DNA of 64,000 nt, taken from assembly GCA_038231455.1 (NCBI GenBank), contig JBBRLI010000002.1, forward strand, positions 160,001 through 224,000, in the 5' to 3' direction. Below the pieces are notes generated by a model, which was given only the letters and a program-made list of their open reading frames with translations, had not been told where the DNA came from and did not search any database. This DNA is from Vulcanimicrobiales bacterium. Its GTDB lineage: Bacteria > Vulcanimicrobiota > Vulcanimicrobiia > Vulcanimicrobiales > Vulcanimicrobiaceae. Shown here one piece after another: positions 48,053 through 57,359 of the stretch. The position numbers and the translations under genes were made by a program. The first letter of the stretch is position 1, and every line of letters begins with the position of its first letter.

Positions 48053-48744
48053 CGTTCGCTTTTCCAGAGTCCCCACGCACGTTCGATTTGCGAGTCGTTG
48101 GCTTCGTTTGCGCGGCGCGCTTCGTATGCGTTGAGCGGTACGAGCGGCCCTAAGCGAAGCGCCTCGCTTTGCAGGCGTGCGTTAACTTCGGTGTAGACCG
48201 CGCGAAACACGGCTTGGCGGATGCTCACGCCGACGACGGTGATCCCGTGGCCGCGCATGAGGACGGCGGCTGCATCACCGAGCGAGCGCGCCAGCGCCGC
48301 GCCCAACGTCGCGTCGCGCACGAGCATGTCGTTATCTTCGCCGGCCGTATCGCGAATCTCGAAGAGCGGAATGCCAGCGCCCAAAAAGCCGCCCATGTGC
48401 GAGACGGCGCAGAGCGTCACGCCACGCGCAATGCTAAAGGGAATGACGGATGCCGCGTGACTGTGGACGATCGCCCCAACATCCGGACGTGCGGCGTAAA
48501 TCGCTCCGTGAATGAAGCGTTCGAGATACGGTTTGCGCGCGTCGCCCGCGCTGACCGTGCCATCGAAGGCAACGCGCATCACATCGGTTTTCTCGACGTT
48601 TGCCGGTGCGAGATTGCGGGCGATGATAAAACCATCGCCGTCGCGCGCACTGAGGTGTCCGAAGCCGTCGAGCACACCGCGGCGCGCGAGAATATGATTG
48701 GCGTCGACCAAATCGGCGACGGCATCGGCGTCGACCCCGAGCAT
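48049..48744 (-). CDS. Class II aldolase/adducin-family protein (HMPD-decarboxylase-like)
   Basis: ANHILA..GVLDGFGHLSAR, YLERFIHGAIYAARPDV..IVHSH and LMRGHG motifs. Confidence 0.88.
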   Translation of the reverse strand: MLGVDADAVADLVDANHILARRGVLDGFGHLSARDGDGFIIARNLAPANVEKTDVMRVAFDGTVSAGDARKPYLERFIHGAIYAARPDVGAIVHSHAASVIPFSIARGVTLCAVSHMGGFLGAGIPLFEIRDTAGEDNDMLVRDATLGAALARSLGDAAAVLMRGHGITVVGVSIRQAVFRAVYTEVNARLQSEALRLGPLVPLNAYEARRANEANDSQIERAWGLWKSER

Positions 48745-48746
48745 CG

Positions 48747-49496
48747 TTACGGGCGGCGCGTACGCGGGATGCGCACGACCTTGCGCGGCTGCGGGTGCAG
48801 GCGCAGGGGTTGCAGCGGCTTGTCGTTGACCGGAGCGAAGAACGATTCGTGCGCGGCGACGGCGGCGCGCGCGCGTTCGATCGAACCCGAGGCGATCGCG
48901 TCGATTAATTCGGTATGCGCGACGAGGTTTTCGTCGGCGTGCGCGACGCGATGGCGGTCGGGGATGACGAATCCGGGTCCGGGTTCGTTTGCGTCAAGTA
49001 AAGTAATGTAGAGGTTCGCGAGGACGCGGTTGCGACAGCACTCGGCGATACGCCGGTGCAGTTGCCAATTCTCGTGCAGATATTCCGCTGAATTATCGGT
49101 CGATGCGGCCATCCGTTTGAGGATCTTACGCAGATCGGCGATGTCCGCGCGCGTGCGCGAGCGCGTTGCATCCTTGGTGATCGCTTCTTCGAGCGAATGG
49201 CGCACCTCGGCGCAATCCTGAAGGGTCCCCGTTTCGGGGAAGACCGCGAGCAGGTGGCGCAAGCGATCGCTGGAGGTTGGGATCGTGGCGAAGAGGCCGC
49301 CGCCGGGGCCGGTGCGCGACGTGACGTATCCGCGCTGCTGGAGAATGCGGAGCGTTTCGTTGAGCGTTCCGTACGCGACGTCGTAGCGGCGCCGCAGATC
49401 GTCTTTCGTACCAAGCCGTTCGCCGCTGGGAATCTCTCCCGCGACGATCGTCATTTCGATTTCGTCGGCCAGCGTGGCAGCCCGGCTGCTATTCAC
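48747..49496 (-). CDS. GntR/FadR-family regulator with FCD domain
   Basis: GERLGTKDDL...Y.VA..TLNETLR.L..RG.V..R.GPGGG helix-turn-helix; FCD motif LH..IA....N. GTG 49496 follows GGAGGG. Confidence 0.87.
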   Translation of the reverse strand: MNSSRAATLADEIEMTIVAGEIPSGERLGTKDDLRRRYDVAYGTLNETLRILQQRGYVTSRTGPGGGLFATIPTSSDRLRHLLAVFPETGTLQDCAEVRHSLEEAITKDATRSRTRADIADLRKILKRMAASTDNSAEYLHENWQLHRRIAECCRNRVLANLYITLLDANEPGPGFVIPDRHRVAHADENLVAHTELIDAIASGSIERARAAVAAHESFFAPVNDKPLQPLRLHPQPRKVVRIPRTRRP

Positions 49497-49635
49497 GATC
49501 GTCCCTCCACGGTAGTCCATGCTCTCTTGATCGTTGGCGCGCACGCGCCTCCCGTCCGCCATGTGGATAAAAGAAACGCGCGCAAGCGGTACTCGACCGA
49601 TTGCGCGCGTTTGCCACCATCGTGTGCGTTCGCCG

Positions 49636-50823
49636 CTACTGGTAGACGGCGACGCCTTTGGAGGGGAGGGGAACGAATGCTTTACCCGCATAGGTCGCAA
49701 CCGAATGCGCGTGCGCTTCGCTTGGGATGTTCTGGATGAAGAACGATGTCGTGCCGTCGATCACCGAGGTGACCGGCAGCAGCGGCCCGCCCTTGACGCC
49801 GGTTGAGACGTTATTGCTATTGGCCACAAAGAACTTGTCGATTGTCGCATCGTACGAGGTGATATCACCGCCGCCGGCTTGATTGATCGTTGCAAGAATC
49901 GTGCCGCTGCTGACGTCCATGACGAGCGTATTGGCCACGTTGCCGCAAGCGATCACCATGTGTTGATTGGGGGCAATTGAGATCCCCGTCGGTCCGCACG
50001 CAACCGGCATCGGATAGACGGCGGTAACGGCCTGCGAGAGGGGATCGATCAAGTCGATCTCACCGTTCGGGTTCTTGGTCGTAACCGGTACGGCTTGCAC
50101 GAACCGGTGAAGTTGGCTGTCGTACTCCGATGCTTCCATACCGCCGGTAGCGTCGGTGCGGATCGTCTGCGCGATGACGGTATCGGTGTTTGTATTGATG
50201 AAGGTGAGAATCGGTGATGTTTCGGAGTCGTTTGCGATCATCACGATGCCATCGTCGCCATCGTACGAACCCTCGTCGGTGCGGAACTTCGCATTGGGAA
50301 TAACGATCGTTCCGGTCACGGTGCGGGTTGTGCGACTAATGATTTTGATCGTGCCGTTACCGTCACCGGCATAGAGCTTCGTCGCGCCGATCAGAACGAG
50401 ACCATTGGGACCAGAGCCCGAGCTCTTCCCCGTATTGCCGGTAAACGGGCTACCGATCGATGCGCACGTGCCGTTCACCGTCAAGAACGTCGGCGGAGAT
50501 TTGGCCGGCCCGATCGTGGTAAGGTAGGTGTTTGCCTTGGCATCGAAGACATCGACGCCACAGTTCGTCTTATCGCCGAGATAGTAGAGGCCAGTACTTT
50601 GATCGACGATGCCGACGTCGATACTCCAGTACGGTCCGGGCGGAGCCGGGGCGATCGGAACGGGTACGTTGGGGACGGGAATGTAATTGGTCGTGAAGTT
50701 GATCGAGGGCGGATTCGATTTCGTCGGCGTGTTGAAGATGCCGCTGAAACTGCTGCCGCCACCGCCGCACGAGCAAAGGGCGAGGGTCGCGCCAAGCGCC
50801 AGAAGTCGTTTGATATCGGTCAT
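49636..50823 (-). CDS. Lipoprotein with YncE/YVTN-like beta-propeller
   Basis: Lipobox LCSC followed by a GGGGS linker, then repeated blades (YYLGD, LYAGDG, YD.DDG..MIAN, YD..IDKFFVAN). AGGAGA SD upstream. Confidence 0.72.
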   Translation of the reverse strand: MTDIKRLLALGATLALCSCGGGGSSFSGIFNTPTKSNPPSINFTTNYIPVPNVPVPIAPAPPGPYWSIDVGIVDQSTGLYYLGDKTNCGVDVFDAKANTYLTTIGPAKSPPTFLTVNGTCASIGSPFTGNTGKSSGSGPNGLVLIGATKLYAGDGNGTIKIISRTTRTVTGTIVIPNAKFRTDEGSYDGDDGIVMIANDSETSPILTFINTNTDTVIAQTIRTDATGGMEASEYDSQLHRFVQAVPVTTKNPNGEIDLIDPLSQAVTAVYPMPVACGPTGISIAPNQHMVIACGNVANTLVMDVSSGTILATINQAGGGDITSYDATIDKFFVANSNNVSTGVKGGPLLPVTSVIDGTTSFFIQNIPSEAHAHSVATYAGKAFVPLPSKGVAVYQ

Positions 50824-50841
50824 AAAATGTTCTCCTGCGCT

Positions 50842-51915
50842 CTAGCGGTGGAAGCGGTAAGTGGCTTCGAGGAACGCGGTCGATTTATGCGTTGCATCGC
50901 CGCCGGCTGCGAGACCGTTTGGCTGGTCGTTCTTGATGTAGAACTTATAGCCAAGATCGGGCGTCGCTTTATACGCGATTCCATACACTTTGCGGTACGT
51001 CACCGACATATGCGGGTTGTTGCTAAAGAACGTCGAGAAGTATTCAATGCCGCCGTACGGCACGAGCTTCGTCTGATGATAGAAGTACGCGTTGGTGTAG
51101 AGCGTGTACGCGAACGTCGGTTTCTGGCCGCTGTCATAGTCGCCGCGCGGAATGTTTTTTTGCGCCTGCGATGTCATGCGGTGGTAATTCTGTTCCCACC
51201 GGAAGGACGTCGTTAGCGGCTTGCCTTCGAGCCCGTTCGGGCCGAATTTCCAGTTGATATCGTTGAAAAAGCCCCCGAGGAAACGCGGAATACCGTTGGG
51301 GTCGCCGGCGCCCGGGCAGCAGACGCGTGCGCGATAATGATAGCCGGCACGATAGGTGAGCAGCGGGTTGAACGCCCACGTGACGAGCTCGCGCTCTTCG
51401 TAGTCGTAACCGGAGCCCGGGTAGTTCGGCAGGCCTCTGCGGTACGTTCGCGCGCTGCCGCCGGTGTGCGAGATGCGCTGATACTGAATGCCGAGATGGC
51501 TGTTGAAGCGGTAGCGCGCATCGCCGACGATGCGCCACAGGTCGTATGGCAGGGCGTTCGGGAGCGGGCCCGCTTTTTGCGGAATGACGTCGCTGCCGCT
51601 CGACATCGTATATTGCAAGGTCGGCGCAAGATCCAGGTGTTCGAACTTGCGCGGTTTGCCTTTTTTCGCGGGAGCTTTTTTACCGGGCAAAGCCGATGGC
51701 GGGTCGTCGGCCGAAGGCGTGTTGGCGCCGGTCGAACCCGGATCCGGCGGCGGTTTTTTCTGATCGCCATCGAGCTTGAGATCGAACGCGGTGGCCGCCG
51801 ACGTCAGGTCGACGGGCTGGCTTTGCGCTACGGCGACCGCCGGTCCCGCAACGAATGCAAGACTGGCTGCAAAGGCGATCGCCGTCATGAAATGGCGTGA
51901 ATTGATTGAGGTCAT
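50842..51915 (-). CDS. Secreted protein, probable outer-membrane beta-barrel
   Basis: Signal peptide, Pro/Lys-rich N-terminal linker, many Tyr/Phe/Trp-alternating strands, and C-terminus FLEATYRFHR. AGGAGG SD upstream. Confidence 0.6.
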   Translation of the reverse strand: MTSINSRHFMTAIAFAASLAFVAGPAVAVAQSQPVDLTSAATAFDLKLDGDQKKPPPDPGSTGANTPSADDPPSALPGKKAPAKKGKPRKFEHLDLAPTLQYTMSSGSDVIPQKAGPLPNALPYDLWRIVGDARYRFNSHLGIQYQRISHTGGSARTYRRGLPNYPGSGYDYEERELVTWAFNPLLTYRAGYHYRARVCCPGAGDPNGIPRFLGGFFNDINWKFGPNGLEGKPLTTSFRWEQNYHRMTSQAQKNIPRGDYDSGQKPTFAYTLYTNAYFYHQTKLVPYGGIEYFSTFFSNNPHMSVTYRKVYGIAYKATPDLGYKFYIKNDQPNGLAAGGDATHKSTAFLEATYRFHR

Positions 51916-52039
51916 GGACCCTCCTGACAGCGGTCCTGGCTTTCGTTAAAGTCCCAGGAGTCCGGAGTCGGAAAAGAAAGTTTTTCGATGCATTGAATAT
52001 GACGAAAGATTCCACGGTCCTATCTCGGAGCACAATAAA

Positions 52040-52519
52040 ATGAAGAATTCATTAACGACCATCCATCTTCGTGTCGACGGTCGGCCGGAAAAAATATCCA
52101 CCGACGACCCGACGATGCCACTCCTCTACGCGCTTCGAGACGATATGGGTCATGCCAACCCGCGCTTCGGGTGCGGGCTTGCCCAATGCGGTGCCTGCAC
52201 GGTCCAGGTAGATGGGGTCGCGATGCGCTCGTGTGTTCTGCCGATCGCATCGCTCGAAGGGAAATCGGTCACGACTCTCGCTGGTCTTGGCACCCCGGAC
52301 CATCCGCATCCCGTGCAGGCAGCGTTCGTGGAAGAACAGGCGCTGCAGTGCGGCTATTGCGTCAACGGTTGGATCATGACCGGTGCGGCGCTCGTAGATA
52401 AAGAAATACACCCCTCCGCCGAACGGATCAAAGCAGCGTGTTCGAGCCTGATCTGCCGCTGCGGATCGCAGCTCGCAATGATGCGAGCAATCGGCCGCGC
52501 TGCCGGAGAGAACGTATGA
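52040..52519 (+). CDS. [2Fe-2S] small subunit of a molybdenum hydroxylase (IorA/CoxS-like)
   Basis: RFGCGLAQCGACTV, RSC, QCGYC and LICRCG motifs. Confidence 0.93.
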   Translation: MKNSLTTIHLRVDGRPEKISTDDPTMPLLYALRDDMGHANPRFGCGLAQCGACTVQVDGVAMRSCVLPIASLEGKSVTTLAGLGTPDHPHPVQAAFVEEQALQCGYCVNGWIMTGAALVDKEIHPSAERIKAACSSLICRCGSQLAMMRAIGRAAGENV

Positions 52520-54771
52520 CATCACGACGCGGATTTCTCGCGACCGGCGGCGCGGCGCTTGCCATCGTCGCCGTTCCCGAAGGCTTCCGCGCGATCGCGG
52601 TTGCAGCGGGCGAAGAAGCGGGCGGCGCGGAGCGTTTGGCAACGTGGATTTCGCTCGGTCGCGACGGCATCGTCGATGTCTACACGGGCAAAGTCGAACT
52701 CGGGATGGGCGTGATCACCGGACTTACGCAGATCGTGGCCGACGAACTCGACGTGGCGATGGCGCAGGTGCGGATGACGACAGGCGATACGGCGCGCACG
52801 CCCGATCAAGGCGGCGTCGGCGGGAGCACGTCGATTCAGTTCGGCGCAAACCCACTGCGGAATGCGGCCGCAGAAGCGCGCCGCGTCCTCATCGCGGCCG
52901 CGGCCGACAAACTCGGCGTACCGGTCGAGTCACTTGTGGTGGGCGATGGCCTGATCCGTGCGACCGGCGGCGCATCCGTCTCGTACGGAGCGCTCGTCGA
53001 CGCGCTCGCTTCGGCACCCATCTTGAAGGTGAGCGGCGAAGCGTTCCGCACGAACGTGGAAGGCGTGGCAAAACCCAAGCCGCGATCTGCCTACAAACTC
53101 GTCGGCAAGCCGATTGCGCGTCTCGATGTCGCGCCCAAAGTGTACGGCTCGTTCCGCTATTCGGTCGACAACAAATTGCCGGGCATGATGCACGCGCGCG
53201 TCGTGTACCCGCCGAGCGTCGGCGCTCGTCCGCTTGCCGTCGATACCGAGAAGCTCAAGGATCGCGGTGATGCGCGGCTCGTGCGCGTCGGTGATTTGCT
53301 CGCGGTCGTTGCTTCGCGCGAATGGCACGCCGTCGCAGGCGCACGCGATCTGAACGTGCGTTGGAGCGCTCCCTCGACGACGTTCCCGCCGATGGCATCG
53401 CTTGGCGCTGCAATGTGGGCGATGCCCGTTTCATCGCAAGATAAAGTCGTCGCGCGGGGCGATCTCGCCGCCGCATCGGTCGGTACGACCGCACACGAAG
53501 CGTCGTACGTTTGGCCGTTTCAATCGCACGCGACGATGGGTCCGGGCTGCGCCGTCGCCGACGTCACACCCCACGGAACGACGATTTGGTGCGGCGGCCA
53601 GAAACCGTTCGAACTGAAAGCCGGGATCGCCGATTTGCTCGGCATTGCGCCGGAGACCGTGCGCGTGATCTTTATCGAAGATGCGGGGTCGTACGGCCGC
53701 GGCGGCTTCGATGACGTTGCCGCCGATGCCGCGATGATCTCGAAGTCTATCGGCAAGCCGGTGCGCCTCCAGTGGATGCGTAGCGACATGACGATGTGGG
53801 GTCCGAAAGCCCCCGCCATGGTCGGCAAACTCAAAGCCGGCATCAAAGATGGCAAGATCGCGGCTCTCGACTTGACGGTACGTGCGTTCAACGGCGGCGA
53901 GATTTCCTCGCATCCTGACAGCGCCGGGAACTTCATCGGCGGTCAAATGGCCGGACATCCCAATTCCAAACCACGCGTTGAGTACGCGGTCTACGGGAAA
54001 AACTCGGGTGCCTACGATGTGCCCGCGCTGCACGCGGTCGCTGAACTCGTTGCGCCCCTTGCGCCCGCTGTTTCGCCGCTGCGCACGACGCATTTGCGCG
54101 ATCCCGAAGGCCCGGGGACGACGTTTATCATCGAGTCGTTCATCGACGAACTCGCGGCGCTCGCGAACGCTGATCCCGTTGCGTTCCGCATCGCCCATCT
54201 CTCCGATCCGCGCGCGGTCGATTTGCTCAACCGCGCGGCAGCGAGCGCCGGTTGGCACGCGGGTGTTGCGGCGCGCGCGAAGTCGCGCTCCGGGATCGCG
54301 CACGGGCGCGGCATCGCCTTTGCAACGCGCGGAGACACGATGGTCGCGACGATTGCCGACGTTGCGGTCGATACGAAAACCGGAAAGGTCTCCGTTACGC
54401 GCTTGGTGTGCGTGCACGACTGTGGATCGATCGTCAACCCGCGTTCGCTCACCGGGACGATCGAAGCGAACCTGATGCAATCGATGAGCCGCTCGCTCTT
54501 CGAAGAAGTCACGTTCGCTGGTGGAGCCGTCACCTCGCGCGATTGGGTCACCTATCCAGTCGTACGCACGCGCGATCTGCCCGGACGCGTCGATGTCGTG
54601 CTGGTCGATCGGCCGGAGTTGCCGCCCTATGGTGCGGGCGAACCATCATCGCGCCCGACGGCCGCGGCGATCGCCAATGCCATCTACGATGCGACGGGCG
54701 CGCGCATTCGCACGGCGCCCTTCACCAAGGCAAACGTTCTCGCAGCGCTCACAGCGCAGCCGCTCGCGTAA
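52516..54771 (+). CDS. Molybdopterin-binding large subunit, xanthine dehydrogenase family (IorB-like), with Tat signal
   Basis: SRRGFL twin-arginine signal, GKVELGMG..TG..QIVADELD, GSYGR, HDCG.IVNP and GAGEP...AIANAIYDATG.R motifs. Confidence 0.9.
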   Translation: MTSRRGFLATGGAALAIVAVPEGFRAIAVAAGEEAGGAERLATWISLGRDGIVDVYTGKVELGMGVITGLTQIVADELDVAMAQVRMTTGDTARTPDQGGVGGSTSIQFGANPLRNAAAEARRVLIAAAADKLGVPVESLVVGDGLIRATGGASVSYGALVDALASAPILKVSGEAFRTNVEGVAKPKPRSAYKLVGKPIARLDVAPKVYGSFRYSVDNKLPGMMHARVVYPPSVGARPLAVDTEKLKDRGDARLVRVGDLLAVVASREWHAVAGARDLNVRWSAPSTTFPPMASLGAAMWAMPVSSQDKVVARGDLAAASVGTTAHEASYVWPFQSHATMGPGCAVADVTPHGTTIWCGGQKPFELKAGIADLLGIAPETVRVIFIEDAGSYGRGGFDDVAADAAMISKSIGKPVRLQWMRSDMTMWGPKAPAMVGKLKAGIKDGKIAALDLTVRAFNGGEISSHPDSAGNFIGGQMAGHPNSKPRVEYAVYGKNSGAYDVPALHAVAELVAPLAPAVSPLRTTHLRDPEGPGTTFIIESFIDELAALANADPVAFRIAHLSDPRAVDLLNRAAASAGWHAGVAARAKSRSGIAHGRGIAFATRGDTMVATIADVAVDTKTGKVSVTRLVCVHDCGSIVNPRSLTGTIEANLMQSMSRSLFEEVTFAGGAVTSRDWVTYPVVRTRDLPGRVDVVLVDRPELPPYGAGEPSSRPTAAAIANAIYDATGARIRTAPFTKANVLAALTAQPLA

Positions 54772-56041
54772 CGTTCGGCACGCCTTTCGGATACTCGCCA
54801 GCGTACGCACCGACGCTTTGCCACGGACGATCGATCGGGATGATCGCTTGTTCGGATCGCATCGTCGCGTAGGCGACTGGCGTCTCATGACCCAGTGGCG
54901 GTTCTCCGTCTTGGAATCGTTTGATGGCGTCGAGCATCCGTCGCCGCAAGCGGATGATCGCGACGTCGGATGTGCCGAGATGTTCTTGGGGTCGGTTGAC
55001 GATCGGCCCCATCGATTCTTGGCACGCCATATCTTGATTTTGGAAGCCCTCGATACCGAGCCAACTGCCTTGCTTCATCGCTTCGCGATCTTGATGCCAG
55101 CCGTTGTCCTCGGTTGCATAACGCATCCAGCGGCGGTCGAGATCGATGCCGGGTTCGCATTTGAGATCGCGCCGCATCGCGGCTTGATCGATGTCGGATC
55201 CGTCCTGCGAGAAGAAGACGTCGTAGAACATCGTCGTGCGATCGTCGATCGGCACGAACATATTGACGTGCGCGTGCTGCGAGCGTTCGAGTGGCCGTGG
55301 GATAAACGATGTTGAGGGCGCGGCGAACAGCGTGACGCGAACGTATTTTTCCGTATCGGGATTCGCGTTTGGTTTGCGGATCGCGGCGTAACGAAAACCG
55401 TAGGTCGTATCTTCGGCTTCAAGTTTCGGCGAGAGATCGTTTGAGACGGACGAGCGCTTCTTCCAGTCGGGGATGGTGCCGCGATGGAGGAACCAACTGT
55501 GCGACGAGTCCAGCGAACCTTCGAGGGCTTGAAAAAAATTTGCGCGTTCGCCCATCTTGACGATCGAGCGCTGCGCTGCCGGCAATGCAAGAAAATCGTA
55601 GGCTGGGAATGCCGGCTCTTTGCCGATTTCACCGAGATACGCCCAGACCAGTCCGCCCGCTTCGCGCACGGGATACGAGCGGATCGACATGCGATCTTTG
55701 AAACCGTATCCCGCGGGCTCCGTCGGCATCTCCATGCACGCGCCGGTGACGTCGAATTTCCAGCCGTGATAGACGCAGCGCAGGCCGCCTTCTTCATTGC
55801 GCCCGAGCGCGAGTGAGGCGAGGCGGTGCGGACAGAACGCATCCATGAGTCCGAGCCGCCCGGCGGTGTCGCGGAAGAGCACGAGATTCTCGCCGAAGAG
55901 TCGGAGTGGAATCGGCGTGCCGTCGCTATCGGCGACTTCTTCGCTCAGCGCCGCGGGCAGCCAGTAGCTCCGCATGAAACGCCCCATCGGCGCATCCCCG
56001 GTAACGGTCGTGAGCAGTTCGTTTTCTGCGGCAGAGAGCAT
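54749..56041 (-). CDS. Rieske oxygenase alpha subunit (type A copy 2, paralog of 16383-17645)
   Basis: CPHRLASL.LGRNE..CVYHGW, EGSLDSSHSWFLH, SPKLEAEDT.YGFRYAAIRKP and QDMACQE motifs. Confidence 0.92.
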   Translation of the reverse strand: MLSAAENELLTTVTGDAPMGRFMRSYWLPAALSEEVADSDGTPIPLRLFGENLVLFRDTAGRLGLMDAFCPHRLASLALGRNEEGGLRCVYHGWKFDVTGACMEMPTEPAGYGFKDRMSIRSYPVREAGGLVWAYLGEIGKEPAFPAYDFLALPAAQRSIVKMGERANFFQALEGSLDSSHSWFLHRGTIPDWKKRSSVSNDLSPKLEAEDTTYGFRYAAIRKPNANPDTEKYVRVTLFAAPSTSFIPRPLERSQHAHVNMFVPIDDRTTMFYDVFFSQDGSDIDQAAMRRDLKCEPGIDLDRRWMRYATEDNGWHQDREAMKQGSWLGIEGFQNQDMACQESMGPIVNRPQEHLGTSDVAIIRLRRRMLDAIKRFQDGEPPLGHETPVAYATMRSEQAIIPIDRPWQSVGAYAGEYPKGVPNVTRAAAL

Positions 56042-56163
56042 CGGGATCTCCCGTGAAAATTAGTTAGACACGTGAAGTAGTTCCGGTTCAATTGGCTTTC
56101 CTGCCAACAAACAAAAGCCAGGAAATGCTTCGCCGATCGAATCATTAGCCGTCAACGGAGGTT

Positions 56164-57357
56164 ATGATTACCATGTTGAGTCTTCGATGGACCCGGATTG
56201 CGTCGCTCGCGCTCACCGTCGCGGTTGGCGCTGGAGCGACTCCCGCGCGCGCAGCAGACGAGCCATATGAAATCAATGCGATCGTCTCGCTCACCGGCAG
56301 CGCCGCGTTTCTTGGAAAAGAACAGCAGCAGGCGCTCGAGGCGATCGAAAAAGCGCAGAACGCCAAAGGCGGAATTCGCGGCCGAAAAATTCATTTCTCG
56401 ATCGCCGACGACCAGTCAAATCCGCAGATCGCCGTGCAACTGACGAATGCCGTGATCGCAAAACACGTGCCGGTCATCCTCGGCTCGACGCTCGTCGCTC
56501 AGTGTAATGCGATGGCGGCGGTCGTGCGTGAAAACGGGCCGCTGCAGTATTGCTTCTCGCCGGGAATCCATCCGGATCGCGAGAGCTATACCTATTCGAC
56601 TAGCGTCTCGACAAAAGAACTCGCGCTCGTCATGGTGCGCTACTTCCACAAACGCGGTTGGAACCGGATCGCCGTTATGACCTCGACGGATGCAACCGGT
56701 CAGGATGCCGAACGCAATTTCGCCGCGGCGTTTGCGGCCCCGGAAAACAAAGGAACCCAACTGGTGGTCCAGGAGCATTTCAATCCGAGCGACGTCAGCG
56801 TCAACGCGCAATTACAGCGCGTCAAAGCAGCGAATCCGCAAGTGTTCGTCGCCTGGACGACGGGCACGCCGTTCGGCACCGTGCTGCGCGGTATCGCAGA
56901 GACCGGGTTCAACATCCCGATCGGCGGCGGCAATGGCAACATCATCTACGCGCAGATGAAACAGTACGCGGCGTTTTTGCCAAAAGAATTGCTCTTTGCG
57001 GGAGTCGAATATTTCCGCGATCCCAAAGACATCCGCGGCGGTCCGCTCAAAACCGCGATCCAGCAGTTCAACGCGGCGTTCGCACCGCAACGTCCGGACC
57101 TCGGTCAGGGGCTCGCGTACGACGCGACGATGATCGTGATCGACGCACTCAAGAAATACGGGACCAATGCCACCGCCGCCCAACTGCGCGAGTACATCAA
57201 CGGGCTCAACGGCTATATCGGAACGCACGGCGCCTATCATTTCGGGACGGGCGATCACCGGGGTCTGGGCGTCGGGAATGCGACGATGGTGCGCTATGAC
57301 GCCGCAAAAGATCTCTTCGAGGCGGTCAGTAAACCCGGCGGCGACCCACTGAAATAA
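56164..57357 (+). CDS. Branched-chain-amino-acid-type (HAAT) ABC substrate-binding protein
   Basis: Signal peptide, SLTGSAA.LG, GGIRGRKI, DDQSNP and G.Y.F...DH.G motifs. Confidence 0.9.
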   Translation: MITMLSLRWTRIASLALTVAVGAGATPARAADEPYEINAIVSLTGSAAFLGKEQQQALEAIEKAQNAKGGIRGRKIHFSIADDQSNPQIAVQLTNAVIAKHVPVILGSTLVAQCNAMAAVVRENGPLQYCFSPGIHPDRESYTYSTSVSTKELALVMVRYFHKRGWNRIAVMTSTDATGQDAERNFAAAFAAPENKGTQLVVQEHFNPSDVSVNAQLQRVKAANPQVFVAWTTGTPFGTVLRGIAETGFNIPIGGGNGNIIYAQMKQYAAFLPKELLFAGVEYFRDPKDIRGGPLKTAIQQFNAAFAPQRPDLGQGLAYDATMIVIDALKKYGTNATAAQLREYINGLNGYIGTHGAYHFGTGDHRGLGVGNATMVRYDAAKDLFEAVSKPGGDPLK

Positions 57358-57359
57358 CG

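Noticed and set aside
52040-52519. Ferredoxin serving the Rieske oxygenases
   Set aside because: Its two-cluster Cys pattern and ATGA coupling to the Mo subunit identify it as the small subunit of the molybdenum hydroxylase.
56119-56125. Shared CAGGAAA half-site with the 29071 operator, implying common regulation
   Set aside because: Only 7 nt match, and dyad orientation and spacing differ. Likely coincidence.
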